This document shows positions 9,682 through 18,914 of a stretch of 36,072 nucleotides of DNA, one piece after another. How positions within the stretch are numbered: position 1 is the first letter of the stretch; every line of letters starts with the position of its first letter. Source of the DNA: Myxococcota bacterium (GTDB lineage: Bacteria > Myxococcota_A > UBA796 > UBA2385); contig JBIJDH010000043.1 of assembly GCA_044344255.1 (NCBI GenBank), forward strand, positions 1-36,072, read 5' to 3'. Made by a program: the position numbers and the translations under genes. The notes below the pieces were generated by a model, which made no database searches, was not told where the DNA came from, and saw only the letters and a program-made list of their open reading frames with translations.

Positions 9682-11286
9682 ATGGTCAGCGTCACAGCGA
9701 GAGACACGGCGAGCTGGACCCCCCCGCGCCGCCCGCGCTCCCTCGGGGTCGCTTTCGGGCTCACCCTCGGGGTCACCGTCGCGGCGGCGCTCGGCGCCTG
9801 TCGACCGGTGGCGGACAAGGGCGGCGCGCCGGAACAGGGCGACAGCGGCGAGCCCGCCGGCTGTGTCGCCCCCGAGGCGGTCGATCCGGCGCTGCTCCCC
9901 GCCACCTTCGAGAACGCGCAGGGGAGCCGCTTCCGGGTGCTCAAGGTGGAGAGCGAGGCCTTCGACAGCCTGGGCGCCGTGGTCTTCCTGCCCGACGAAG
10001 GCGCGTCGCTCTGGCCCGAAGGGGCGCCGGTGGTGGTGGTGGCCCCGCCGGCGCTGAACGTGAACCTCCGCTGGGGCGACAACCCGACAAGTTACCTTGA
10101 CCCGAGCGCGGGGATCATCGAGGTCCAGCCGGTCTTTCCGGGCTGGACGGTGCAAGGTGTCGAGACCACCGGCCCCGCCGACGGCGCCGGCCCCCGCGCC
10201 GCCCTCGCCCTGGCCGAGGTCGCCCGCTTCGCCCGCGGCGGGCGGAGCACCGAGAAGGGCTGGTCGATCACCGCCTTGCTCGAGGGGGAGGCCTGCCTCG
10301 ACCGCCTCGGGGTGCTCAGCGTCTCCTCGGGGGCCCTGGCGCTCAGCGGCGCCCTCCACGACAGCGAGACCCTGCTCGAAGACGCAGCGGTGGTGGGCTT
10401 CTACGAGCCCCCCAGCCTGCCCGCCTTCGTGACGAGCGAGGGCGGCGCCATCTGGATGGACCCCGACGAGGCCGCCGACGCCGACGGGGACGGCCTCGCC
10501 TGGGATGACGGGCGCAACCTCTCCTTTGACGGCCTGGGCTGCGACGCCGCCGCCTGCCCCTCCGATCTCACCACGCTGGCCTTCACGCCTCACGTCTCGA
10601 TGTCGGATCTGTGGCCCTCAGACGCCGAGATGGCGATGCCCCGCGGCGTCTTCTTCCTCGACCGCAACGGCAACGGCGAGCTCGACCTCGGCTCGGGCTA
10701 CCACCCCGACGTCAACGGCGACGGGCGCATCGGCCCCGACGAGGACTTCTTCCCGAAGCCGGTCTACGACGACTTCACCGATCAGGACGGCCTCGACTTT
10801 TTTTACAGCCCCGAGCTGCTCGCCGAGGCCGCGGCCCGGCTCTTCCCGGGAGGGGAGGGGGCCACCGCCTGGCCGGCCGGCTTCCGCACCCCCGCCGAGG
10901 CCGACGCCTTCTGGGGGGCCCGCGCCGTCGGCCCGCGCCTCGCCGCCCTCGCGGCCCGTTGGCCGGTTGATCGGCCGATCGGCGTCTTTTACACCGAGGT
11001 GCCCCACGGGGCGGCCCTGCCCGATCGGCCCGACAGCCGGATCGTCTACGACGCGCTGCGAGAGGGTGGCCTCGCCGTGCGGTACAACGCCGATGAGGCC
11101 GTCGCCGCCTGTGTCCTCGGCGAGGCAGGGCTCGCCGGCTACGCGGGGGCGCCGGAGCCGGGCGCCGCCGTGACCGACCTCCAGGCCACCGCCTACCCGG
11201 AGGCCTGGAGCACCGAGGCGGTGCACACCGTCTCGATGGTGGGCCTGCTCAGCGCCGCCTTCGGGGCGCCCGGCGCCTGTCGTTGA
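9682..11286 (+). CDS. Hypothetical lipoprotein, possibly alpha/beta-hydrolase-like, with DxDGDG/DxNGDG Ca-binding-like loops
   Basis: Lipobox-like LGAC after a hydrophobic stretch, LGVLSVSSG nucleophile-elbow-like segment, and DADGDG, DRNGNG and DVNGDG motifs. Codon bias is coding-like. Confidence 0.6.
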   Translation: MVSVTARDTASWTPPRRPRSLGVAFGLTLGVTVAAALGACRPVADKGGAPEQGDSGEPAGCVAPEAVDPALLPATFENAQGSRFRVLKVESEAFDSLGAVVFLPDEGASLWPEGAPVVVVAPPALNVNLRWGDNPTSYLDPSAGIIEVQPVFPGWTVQGVETTGPADGAGPRAALALAEVARFARGGRSTEKGWSITALLEGEACLDRLGVLSVSSGALALSGALHDSETLLEDAAVVGFYEPPSLPAFVTSEGGAIWMDPDEAADADGDGLAWDDGRNLSFDGLGCDAAACPSDLTTLAFTPHVSMSDLWPSDAEMAMPRGVFFLDRNGNGELDLGSGYHPDVNGDGRIGPDEDFFPKPVYDDFTDQDGLDFFYSPELLAEAAARLFPGGEGATAWPAGFRTPAEADAFWGARAVGPRLAALAARWPVDRPIGVFYTEVPHGAALPDRPDSRIVYDALREGGLAVRYNADEAVAACVLGEAGLAGYAGAPEPGAAVTDLQATAYPEAWSTEAVHTVSMVGLLSAAFGAPGACR

Positions 11287-11334
11287 GCAGACCGGCCCCG
11301 CGACGCGAGCCCGAGACGGGATAGCAGCCCGCCC

Positions 11335-11709
11335 ATGCAACGCTCCCTCAACGTGCTCGGCACGCCGCTCCGCCCCTGCTCCCATGACCCCCTCACCGGC
11401 TGGTACCGCGACGGCTGCTGCAACACCGACAGCGACGATCGGGGTCTACACACGGTCTGCGCCCGGGTGACGGCGACCTTCCTCGAGCACCTCTTCCACG
11501 CCGGCAACAACCTGCGAGACCCTGTGCCCGAGGCCGGCTTCCCCGGGCTCAAGCCGGGCGACCAGTGGTGCGTGGTGGCGGCGAGCTGGTACCAGGCCTA
11601 TCGGGCGGGGGTCGCCTGCCCGGTCGTGCTCGAGAGCACCCACCAGCAGACGCTGCGCATCGTGCCCCTCGAGGCCCTGATGGAGCACGCCTACGCGCCC
11701 GAGGCCTGA
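11335..11709 (+). CDS. DUF2237 family protein
   Basis: NVLGTPLRPCSHDPLTGWYRDGCC...HTVCA...FPGLKPGDQWC is characteristic of the family. Confidence 0.92.
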   Translation: MQRSLNVLGTPLRPCSHDPLTGWYRDGCCNTDSDDRGLHTVCARVTATFLEHLFHAGNNLRDPVPEAGFPGLKPGDQWCVVAASWYQAYRAGVACPVVLESTHQQTLRIVPLEALMEHAYAPEA

Positions 11710-13005
11710 TCAGAAGGCGCTGGTCGGGCCGAGGTTGGAGGCGACCTCCAGGCGGTTGTTCTGGGCGCCGTTGGTGGGCTCCCAAAAGACGCTCAGGTTC
11801 AGGTTCCCGTTGAGGGCCAGCGGCTGCGCGTAGCTGCTGCGAGAGACGGCCTCGTAGCTCGACCGATCGAGGAGGGCCGGGCCGGGGATGGCCTGCTGGA
11901 GGGCCGAGAGGGAGAGGCTCATGTCGACGTGTCCGCCGATCCGCAGACTGAGGTCGCCGCTGGCGCTGAGCGAGTAGCGGCGCAGGGGGTTCGGCACCTC
12001 ACCGGCCACCCCGAGGTTCAGGCGGGCCTCCGCTTGGTCGAGGCGAACGGAGCCGGTGCCGAGCAGCATCGCGGTGGGCACGAGGGCGACCGTCTCCCCG
12101 AGCGCGTTCACCTGGTTGTAGTGATCGCGCATCCCGCCCGCGAGGAGGGCGACGGCGAGCTGATTCCCGCGAGGGTCATTGGAGGGGAACCAGTCGTGCT
12201 CGAGGCCGAGGTGGGCCTTGACGGTGCTCTGATACTGCCCCTCCGGATCCTGCGCGCCGGCGCGGGCGAAGACCCCCGTGCTCCAGCGCGGGCCGAGCCC
12301 CTCCTCGGCCCAGGCGCCGCCGGACAGCTCGGAGGAGTCTGTGGAGAGCGCGACCTCCTGGCCCTGGACGTTGAGGCTCGGCTGCCGCTCGATGCTGCGG
12401 TCCTGCCCCACCCAGGCCCCGGCGCGGCGCTCGGCGGTGAGCGCGTACGCGGAGCCGCCGTACCAGGCGGAGAGGCTCTGGTAGTCCTCACTCCAGCTCC
12501 CCCAACCGCCCAGCCAGACGGACAGGCCCCAAGGGCGAGGGGCGCGCGCCGGGTCGGTCGCGCCGGGCGGCTCGACGAGGCGCAGCGAGAGCGCGGCGGG
12601 CAGGCGCTGGGCGAAGAAGGGCACGAGGACCTGCAGCAGCGCCGGCTCGAGCACGGCCTCCTGCGCGGCGAGCGGCGCCCGGCTGTCAACCGCCACCTGG
12701 AGCTGGAACTCGGGCAGCAGGTCGGGCGCCGAGCTGACGACGCGGAGGTGGACGAGGTCCTGCCCGCCCTCGCCGGTGGCGTTCACATAGAGCACGAGCT
12801 CGGCGTCGCTGCGCGGCACGAGCGCGATGACCGGGGCCGCCCGCAGCTTCGCGTGGACGACGGTGCACGCGTCTACCCGATACGTGGACTGGCACTCGAC
12901 GCGGACCCGAAGGGGTGCCCAGGTGGACGGGGCGCCAGGCTCCCCGACGGGCGATCCGGGCTCCTGGGCGGAGAGCTTGGCCGACAGGAGGAGGAGGGTG
13001 AGCAT
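11710..13005 (-). CDS. Hypothetical exported protein, probable outer-membrane beta-barrel
   Basis: Signal-like start MLTLLLLSAKLSAQ. The C-terminal two thirds have amphipathic beta-strand patterns with Trp/Tyr. Confidence 0.6.
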   Translation of the reverse strand: MLTLLLLSAKLSAQEPGSPVGEPGAPSTWAPLRVRVECQSTYRVDACTVVHAKLRAAPVIALVPRSDAELVLYVNATGEGGQDLVHLRVVSSAPDLLPEFQLQVAVDSRAPLAAQEAVLEPALLQVLVPFFAQRLPAALSLRLVEPPGATDPARAPRPWGLSVWLGGWGSWSEDYQSLSAWYGGSAYALTAERRAGAWVGQDRSIERQPSLNVQGQEVALSTDSSELSGGAWAEEGLGPRWSTGVFARAGAQDPEGQYQSTVKAHLGLEHDWFPSNDPRGNQLAVALLAGGMRDHYNQVNALGETVALVPTAMLLGTGSVRLDQAEARLNLGVAGEVPNPLRRYSLSASGDLSLRIGGHVDMSLSLSALQQAIPGPALLDRSSYEAVSRSSYAQPLALNGNLNLSVFWEPTNGAQNNRLEVASNLGPTSAF

Positions 13006-13085
13006 GCGGGGCCTTATCGGGGCGCAGGAGATCAGACCCTGCGGCGTCGAGGCGAGACCTCCCTCCACCCGGATTCATCAAACGA

Positions 13086-13564
13086 TCATCGGACGGGAGG
13101 AGGCGGGAGGGTGTCCTGGACGGCGAAGAGGTCAGCGACATCGAGGGGGATGGCATCGAAAGGTTCGACGCGGGCATCGGCCTCGTCAGACCAGGCGCCG
13201 AGGCGTAGATACAGGCCATTCTCCAGGCGATAGGCTTCGAGGAGTCGGAGCTCAGGGTCCACCAGCCAGACATAGGGGACCGCGTGGCGGCGATAGAGCT
13301 CCATCTTGATCAGACGATCGTGACGGCCGTTGCCCGGTGAGAGCACCTCGCAGACCCAATCGGGCCGCTCCAGGACAGGGCGCCTCGGAGGCTGGGGGAC
13401 ACGGTCTTTCCGCCAGCCGCTGAGATCGGGGCGCACCACGTCGTGGGTGCTGAGCTCCACATCCACGTCGGCGACGATCCACCAGCCAGGACCTCGGCGC
13501 GGACGGCCTCGGGGAGGGTCCGGAGGTCGTTCCATGTGGCGAAGCGGAGGGCGGGTTCAGCCAT
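13086..13564 (-). pseudogene. Uma2 family (PDDEXK-like) endonuclease with internal deletion and frameshift
   Basis: The N-terminus MAEPALRFATWNDLRTLPEAVRAEVLAG (ATG 13564) is in a different frame from GWWIVADVDVELSTHDVVRPDLSGWR...PDWVCEVLSP...WLVDP. The span is 479 nt, not a multiple of 3, and the usual middle segment is absent. Confidence 0.8.
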
Positions 13565-13617
13565 TGCGGGAGAATAGCGGCCGGTCGTGCGGCTGCCAAG
13601 GCGGGCGGCGGTGCGGC

Positions 13618-14865
13618 CTATCCCGTGGCGCCCACAGCCCCTCCGGGCGGCAGCAGGGCGAGGAATTCGGCCACCTGCCGGTCCCAGCGCAGGCCCTCCA
13701 TGAAACGGGCCGCGTTGGCGCCGCGTCGTTCTGCCTCGGCGCGGTCGAGGTAGACCCGCTCGAGGGCCTGGTCGAGCTCGTCTACATCGCTCTCGCCCCA
13801 GCCCTCGGAGCCCCAGCCTGCGGGCACGGCCTCCACCCGGCCCTGGCGGGTGAGGGGGTAACAGCGGCCGGGCTCGGAGAGGTCGTCGATGAGGTCGAGG
13901 TGGCCGGTGTTCGCGGAGAGCACCACCGGCAGGCCCATGCTCATCGCCTCCATCGCCGGGAGGTTGGTGCCGCTCTCGTAGCGGCTGGCGAAGACGGCGA
14001 CGTGGGCCCCCGCCATCGCCTCGGGCATGCGGTGGTGGGGCAGGAGCCCGACATCGACGACGCTGCCGACTGGGAGGCCGTTCTTGTGGGCCCAGCCCAC
14101 GATGTCGAGGCGGCCGTCCTGCAGCGCGGGGCTCCCGAGGACGTGGCGGCTCTGGGCCACCCCTTGCGCGCCTGCGGGCCACGCGCTCTGCCAGGCGGTG
14201 ACGAGGCGGGCCTCGGGGTGCCGGACGCGGAAGCGGCGGAAGGCGGCCAGCACGAGGTCTTGCCCCTTCCGGTGCTCGAGCTTGCCGGCGCTCCAGACGG
14301 TGAAGCGGCTGGGATCGGGGCGACGGAGGGACGGGGAGAAGCGCTGACCGTCGACCCCTTGCAGCACCCGCCGCGCCTGATCGAGGCCCGCGGCCTGCAG
14401 CAGCGCGTGGTTCCAGCTCGAGCCGGCGACGAGGAGGTCATATCGACGGCCGCGCTCGACCGCCTCCGGGCGGAGCCGCGTGTCCTCGAAGAAGGTGACG
14501 CCCACCTCGAAGCTCCCCGAGAAGTGGCGCCCGGCGTGCATCGCCTCCAGGCTGGAGGTGAGGGTCTTCACGATGGGCATCGGCAGGTGGAGGGGGCTGC
14601 CGTGGGCGCGCACCCGCTCGAGCATCGCCGCCGGCTCGGCGAGGTGGGGAGCCAGCCACGCGACCTCCGCTGAGCGTGCGTCGAGGGCGGCCGGCGCCTT
14701 GAGCAGGAGCGGCCGACCGCCGGCCGCGATCAGGCCCTGGGCGAGGGCGAGGCCATAGACGCCCCAGCCCGTCACGCTCGTGAGCTCCCAGGCCAGCGCG
14801 ACGGTGCCGGGGCCGCGCAGGGGGGCGGGTGAGGCGGGGGCGGGTGAGGCGGGGAGGGGGCTCAG
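13618..14865 (-). CDS. Glycosyltransferase family 4 (GT-B); start codon uncertain
   Basis: TGWGVYG, GKLEHRKGQDLVL and FASRYESGTNLPAMEAMSMGLPVV motifs. The upstream part of the 657-aa track ORF is the shadow of the AKR gene. Confidence 0.85.
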   Translation of the reverse strand: MSPLPASPAPASPAPLRGPGTVALAWELTSVTGWGVYGLALAQGLIAAGGRPLLLKAPAALDARSAEVAWLAPHLAEPAAMLERVRAHGSPLHLPMPIVKTLTSSLEAMHAGRHFSGSFEVGVTFFEDTRLRPEAVERGRRYDLLVAGSSWNHALLQAAGLDQARRVLQGVDGQRFSPSLRRPDPSRFTVWSAGKLEHRKGQDLVLAAFRRFRVRHPEARLVTAWQSAWPAGAQGVAQSRHVLGSPALQDGRLDIVGWAHKNGLPVGSVVDVGLLPHHRMPEAMAGAHVAVFASRYESGTNLPAMEAMSMGLPVVLSANTGHLDLIDDLSEPGRCYPLTRQGRVEAVPAGWGSEGWGESDVDELDQALERVYLDRAEAERRGANAARFMEGLRWDRQVAEFLALLPPGGAVGATG

Positions 14866-14943
14866 GGGGCGCTCCGGGCGAGGCGGGCCCTCTAACCAAA
14901 CGGCGCGGGGACCCGCCGCGATAGGGGGCGGGCTGGAGGCCTC

Positions 14944-15789
14944 ATGCGCAGCAGCCCCTTCGGACCCCTCGGCCGACATGTGCCGGTGATCGGCATCGGC
15001 ACCTGGAACATGGAGCGGGATGACCCGCGCGCCGCCCGGGCGGCCCTCCACCGCGCCCTCGACCTCGGCGCCGCCCACGTCGACACCGCCGAGCTCTACG
15101 GGCAGGGGCAGGTCGAGTCCCTCGTCGGCGAGGCCCTCCGCGGGCGGCGCGACGAGGTCTTCCTGGTGAGCAAGGTGCTGCCCGACCACGCGAGCCGCCG
15201 CGGCGCCGTCCAGGCCTGTGAGGCTTCGCTGCGGCGCCTCGAGGTCGAGCGGCTCGACCTCTATCTGCTGCACTGGGAGGGCCCCCACCCCCTCGAGGAC
15301 ACCTTTGCGGCCTTCGAGGCCCTCGTGGCCGCCGGCAAGATCGGGGCCTGGGGGGTGTCGAACTTCGACGCGCCGGCCCTTCAGGAGGCCATTGACCTCG
15401 TCGGCCCCGGCCGCATCGCCGCCAACCAGGTGCTCTACCACCTGGGCGAGCGGTCTATCGAGCACGCGGTGCTGCCCCTCTGTGAGGCGCATGACATCGC
15501 GCTCGTCGGCTACAGCCCCTTCGGTTCGGGCGACTTCCCCGGCCCGGGCTCGGAGGGCGGCGCGCGGCTCGCCGAGATCGGGGCCGCCCACGGGGCGAGC
15601 GCGCGGCAGGTGGCGCTCGCCTTCCTCACCCGGCGGGGGAGCCTCTTCGCCATCCCCAAGACGTCGAGCGCGGCGCGGGTGGAGGAGAACGTCGGCGCCA
15701 GCGAGCTCATCCTCAGCGAGGAGGAGCTCTTGGCCATCGAGGCCGCCTTCCCGCTCGGCGAGGACAGCGGCGAGCTGCCGATGATCTGA
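14944..15789 (+). CDS. Aldo/keto reductase
   Basis: IGIGTW, DTAELYG, FLVSKV, DLYLLHW, GVSNF, NQVLY, YSPF and AIPK motifs. Confidence 0.95.
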   Translation: MRSSPFGPLGRHVPVIGIGTWNMERDDPRAARAALHRALDLGAAHVDTAELYGQGQVESLVGEALRGRRDEVFLVSKVLPDHASRRGAVQACEASLRRLEVERLDLYLLHWEGPHPLEDTFAAFEALVAAGKIGAWGVSNFDAPALQEAIDLVGPGRIAANQVLYHLGERSIEHAVLPLCEAHDIALVGYSPFGSGDFPGPGSEGGARLAEIGAAHGASARQVALAFLTRRGSLFAIPKTSSAARVEENVGASELILSEEELLAIEAAFPLGEDSGELPMI

Positions 15790-15817
15790 GCTTGTCAGTG
15801 GGCGAGACCCGAGCGCG

Positions 15818-16888
15818 TCAGCGGCCGACGACCCAGGCCGCCACGCGAGCTCCGGTGTGGGGTGCGAGCTTGAAGGCGTGGCCCGAGCAGGCCGACACCG
15901 CGAGCACGCGCCGGTGCCCCGGGGGCTCCTCGAGCACGAAGGCGTCGTCGGGGGCGTTGGTGTAGAGGCAGGTGTCCCAGCCGACCCGCGCGCCCGGGCC
16001 GGGGGAGAACCACTCGGACAGGCGCGCGCCGACCCGCTCGAGGGCGACCGGGTCGGGCCCCTCCTCGGTGTCGGGGTCGTCCGCTCCCGATCCGGTACGG
16101 TGGAAGGCCGCCTTCATCCGCCCGTCCAGCGTGGGCAGCCCGTAGTGGAGCCCGTCCACCCCGAGGTGGACCCAGGCCGGGCTGCGGCCGACCGCCACGT
16201 CCATCTCCCAGAAGCCGACCTGCTGGTAGGCCGGCATCGCCCGCGGCCCGAGGCTCGGCACGAGGTCGCGGATCCAGGCGCCGGCGGTGAGCACGACGTG
16301 TTCGCCGCGCAGCGGGCCCTCCGAGGTCTGGAGGGTCACGCTCCCGTCGTCTTCGTCGAGCGCCGTCACGCGCGCCTGGAGGCGGCGGACCCCCGCGCGG
16401 TCCAGGAGCCGCTCGAGCGCCCGCATCGTCTTCGCCGCGGCGATCACCCCGGCGTCGTGGTCGTGGAGCACCCGCTCGGCGTCCGGGAAGCGCATGGCCG
16501 GGAAGCGGCGGCGCGCCTCGACGACGTCGATCTCCTCGATGCGCACGCCCGACCCGGCGGCGCCGCGGACGGCCTCGGAGTAGGCGCCGATCGGCCCCGC
16601 CTCGGGGCCCCAGAACACGGCCGGCCCGGGGTTTACGAGCGCCTCGCCGGCCTCCGCCTCGAGCTGCGGCCACAGCTCGGCGCGGGTGGTGACCATCGCC
16701 CGCACCCACTCCGCCGTGGCGTAGCTCGAGCGGATGATGCGCTCGTCGCCGTGACTGGAGCCCCGGCCGTGTCCGGCGAGGAGGCGGTCGACGAGGAGGA
16801 TGTGGGTGCCCGGCAGGTGGCGGAGGAGCTGCCAGGCCGCGCACAGCCCGTTGATCCCGGCGCCGACGATGATGATCGGTGGAGACAC
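15818..16888 (-). CDS. FAD-dependent oxidoreductase, sarcosine oxidase/N-methyltryptophan oxidase-like
   Basis: IVGAGING, GSSHGDERIIR, CLYTNAPD (covalent-FAD Cys region) and CSGHAFKLAP. Confidence 0.88.
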   Translation of the reverse strand: MSPPIIIVGAGINGLCAAWQLLRHLPGTHILLVDRLLAGHGRGSSHGDERIIRSSYATAEWVRAMVTTRAELWPQLEAEAGEALVNPGPAVFWGPEAGPIGAYSEAVRGAAGSGVRIEEIDVVEARRRFPAMRFPDAERVLHDHDAGVIAAAKTMRALERLLDRAGVRRLQARVTALDEDDGSVTLQTSEGPLRGEHVVLTAGAWIRDLVPSLGPRAMPAYQQVGFWEMDVAVGRSPAWVHLGVDGLHYGLPTLDGRMKAAFHRTGSGADDPDTEEGPDPVALERVGARLSEWFSPGPGARVGWDTCLYTNAPDDAFVLEEPPGHRRVLAVSACSGHAFKLAPHTGARVAAWVVGR

Positions 16889-16943
16889 GCAGCCCTCGAC
16901 CGGCCTTCGCTCCGGAGCGATCGGGGACCGGGCCCGGCGCCGC

Positions 16944-18686
16944 CTACTTCGGCGCTTCGGCCGGGGCGGCGGGTGCCTCTCCAGCGGGTGCCTCTCCAGC
17001 GGGCGCCGCGGGAGCCTGGGGGATCGCGGTGGCGCCCACGTCGAGGCAGCAGCGGAAGGAGAGCGATCCGTCGGCGTACTCGGCCGACTCGTCGACCGCG
17101 AAGGCGCAGCGGCTGCCGCGCTGGGGGTTGCCGCGGAGGCCGCCCTTGGCGATGCGGCGGGTGCCCTTGGTGCCCGCGACCGAGCTCGTCCACTCGCGGG
17201 GCCCGCCGCTCATGCCCGCGACCCCGTAGCCGGTCACGCAGGTGCTGAGCTCGCCGAGGGCGTAGGGCGCCTCGAGGCCCTTGCCGCAGACCTCGGGGTT
17301 GAAGGCGTCGCCGTAGGCGTAGATGAGGTTACCCGGCCCCTTACAGGCCTTCTCCCACTCTTCTTCAGTGCAGAGGCGCTTGCCGAGCGTCTGGCAGGCG
17401 GCGTCAGCGGTGGTCCAGGTGGTGCGCACGTCGGCCTGCACCTTCTTGCCGTCGTCGCCCTTGACCCGGTTCGGGTACTCGAACCGATCGATGTAGAAGC
17501 CCTTGACCTCCACCACCTTGGCGATGGGCTCGGAGAGCGAGAAGCTGGCCGCCGCCTCTTGAGAGAGGCGCCCCTGGATGAAGGGCCCGGGCGGGATGTA
17601 GAGCATCTCCTCGTGGCCGGTGAGGAGGGTGTCCATCTCCGGCTTGGAGAGCTTCTTCACCTGGCTGCCGACTTGCGCGCGCAGCCGCTCGTCCTTGGCG
17701 GACGCCGAGGCGGCCTCGCGGGCGTCCTGATCGTAGAAGAAGGTGATGTAGACGCCCATGCAGGTGAGCAGCCCGATGCCCAGGCCGACGCCGATGTAGA
17801 TGTTCTTGAGCGAGGTCTTCGGCTTGTCGTCCTGGTTCTCCTCGGTCACCGAGCGCTGGATGTCGCGGGCCATGTCGGCGGCGGTCGGGTAGCGGTCGTC
17901 GGCGTTGGGATCGAGCGCGAGCTCGACGACGTCGTCGATGTGCTCGGGGAGATCACCGCGGAGCGCGGTGGGGGAGAGGTAGGTGCCGCGCGGGGTCTGA
18001 CCGACCAGGAGCTCATAGAGGATGACGCCGGTGGAGTAGACGTCGGCCTTGGGGGTGCCGGGGTGCTCGAAGCCAGAGAGCTCGGGGGCGAGGTAACGGG
18101 CCTCGGTGCGGCTGATGTAGCTCTCGGCGAAGATCGTCGGGTTGACGATGTCGGCGAGGCCGGCGTCCGAGATCTTGATGGTGCGGACGACGTTCTTACC
18201 GCCCGGGCCGGTGGCCCGCGTGGCGACGAGCACGTTTTCGGGCTTGAGGTTGCGGTGGTAGACCCCGGCCTCATGGAGGAAGGTGAGCGCCTCCAGGATC
18301 TTCGAGACGATCTGGGCCGCCTCGTGCAGCGTGAAGGACCGCTGGCTGCGCTGGTACTCGTCGATCAGCTCCCGGAGGTTCTGGCTCGGAAAGTACTCCA
18401 TCGTGTAGAAGAGGTTGCCGTTGTGCTCACCCGTCTCCCCCATCGCCACCACGCCTTCATTGCGCAGGTTCTTGACGGTGTTGAAGGTGGCCTCGAACTT
18501 TTCGTGGTCTCGCGGGTTCTCGACGAGCTTGGTGCGGAGCACCTTGAGAGCGAGCTGCTTGCCCGTCGTGACGTGCCGCACGAGGTACGTCACCCCGAGC
18601 ATGCCGGAGCCGAGCTCCTTTTCAATTTCGTAGCGACGGGCGAGCACGTCGCCGCGCGAGAAGTTCGCCTGCTGGATGTCCGCCAC
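16944..18686 (-). CDS. Hanks-type Ser/Thr kinase-like domain (probable pseudokinase) + TM helix + FGE-sulfatase (SUMF1-like) domain
   Basis: LGSGMLG, ALKVL, HRNLKPEN, KISDAG, YLAPE, ADVYSTG, then TM YIGVGLGIGLLTCMGVYITFF, then FYIDRFEYPN, KRLCTEEEWEKAC, MSGGPREW and SFRCC. Confidence 0.88.
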   Translation of the reverse strand: MADIQQANFSRGDVLARRYEIEKELGSGMLGVTYLVRHVTTGKQLALKVLRTKLVENPRDHEKFEATFNTVKNLRNEGVVAMGETGEHNGNLFYTMEYFPSQNLRELIDEYQRSQRSFTLHEAAQIVSKILEALTFLHEAGVYHRNLKPENVLVATRATGPGGKNVVRTIKISDAGLADIVNPTIFAESYISRTEARYLAPELSGFEHPGTPKADVYSTGVILYELLVGQTPRGTYLSPTALRGDLPEHIDDVVELALDPNADDRYPTAADMARDIQRSVTEENQDDKPKTSLKNIYIGVGLGIGLLTCMGVYITFFYDQDAREAASASAKDERLRAQVGSQVKKLSKPEMDTLLTGHEEMLYIPPGPFIQGRLSQEAAASFSLSEPIAKVVEVKGFYIDRFEYPNRVKGDDGKKVQADVRTTWTTADAACQTLGKRLCTEEEWEKACKGPGNLIYAYGDAFNPEVCGKGLEAPYALGELSTCVTGYGVAGMSGGPREWTSSVAGTKGTRRIAKGGLRGNPQRGSRCAFAVDESAEYADGSLSFRCCLDVGATAIPQAPAAPAGEAPAGEAPAAPAEAPK

Positions 18687-18914
18687 AGCCTCTCTCCCAG
18701 ATCATGCCGACCGAGGGCTGCTCTCAGCCCCCGCGCCCAGAGCCCCTGGCCCACCCAGCACGGGTGAGAGGGTGCCATCCTTGACCTGCGGGCTCCGACG
18801 GGGGGCCCCAGACCAAGGCGTGGCCTCCGGATGAGGCTGACGGTATCACGTCACCCGCCCTCTTCACAACGCCGTCACACTTCCTGCGCGGCGATGGTGC
18901 GGGGCGGGGCGGGG

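Noticed and set aside
14866..15591. N-terminal extension of the GT4 ORF (657 aa in the track)
   Set aside because: It overlaps the clearly real AKR gene on the opposite strand.
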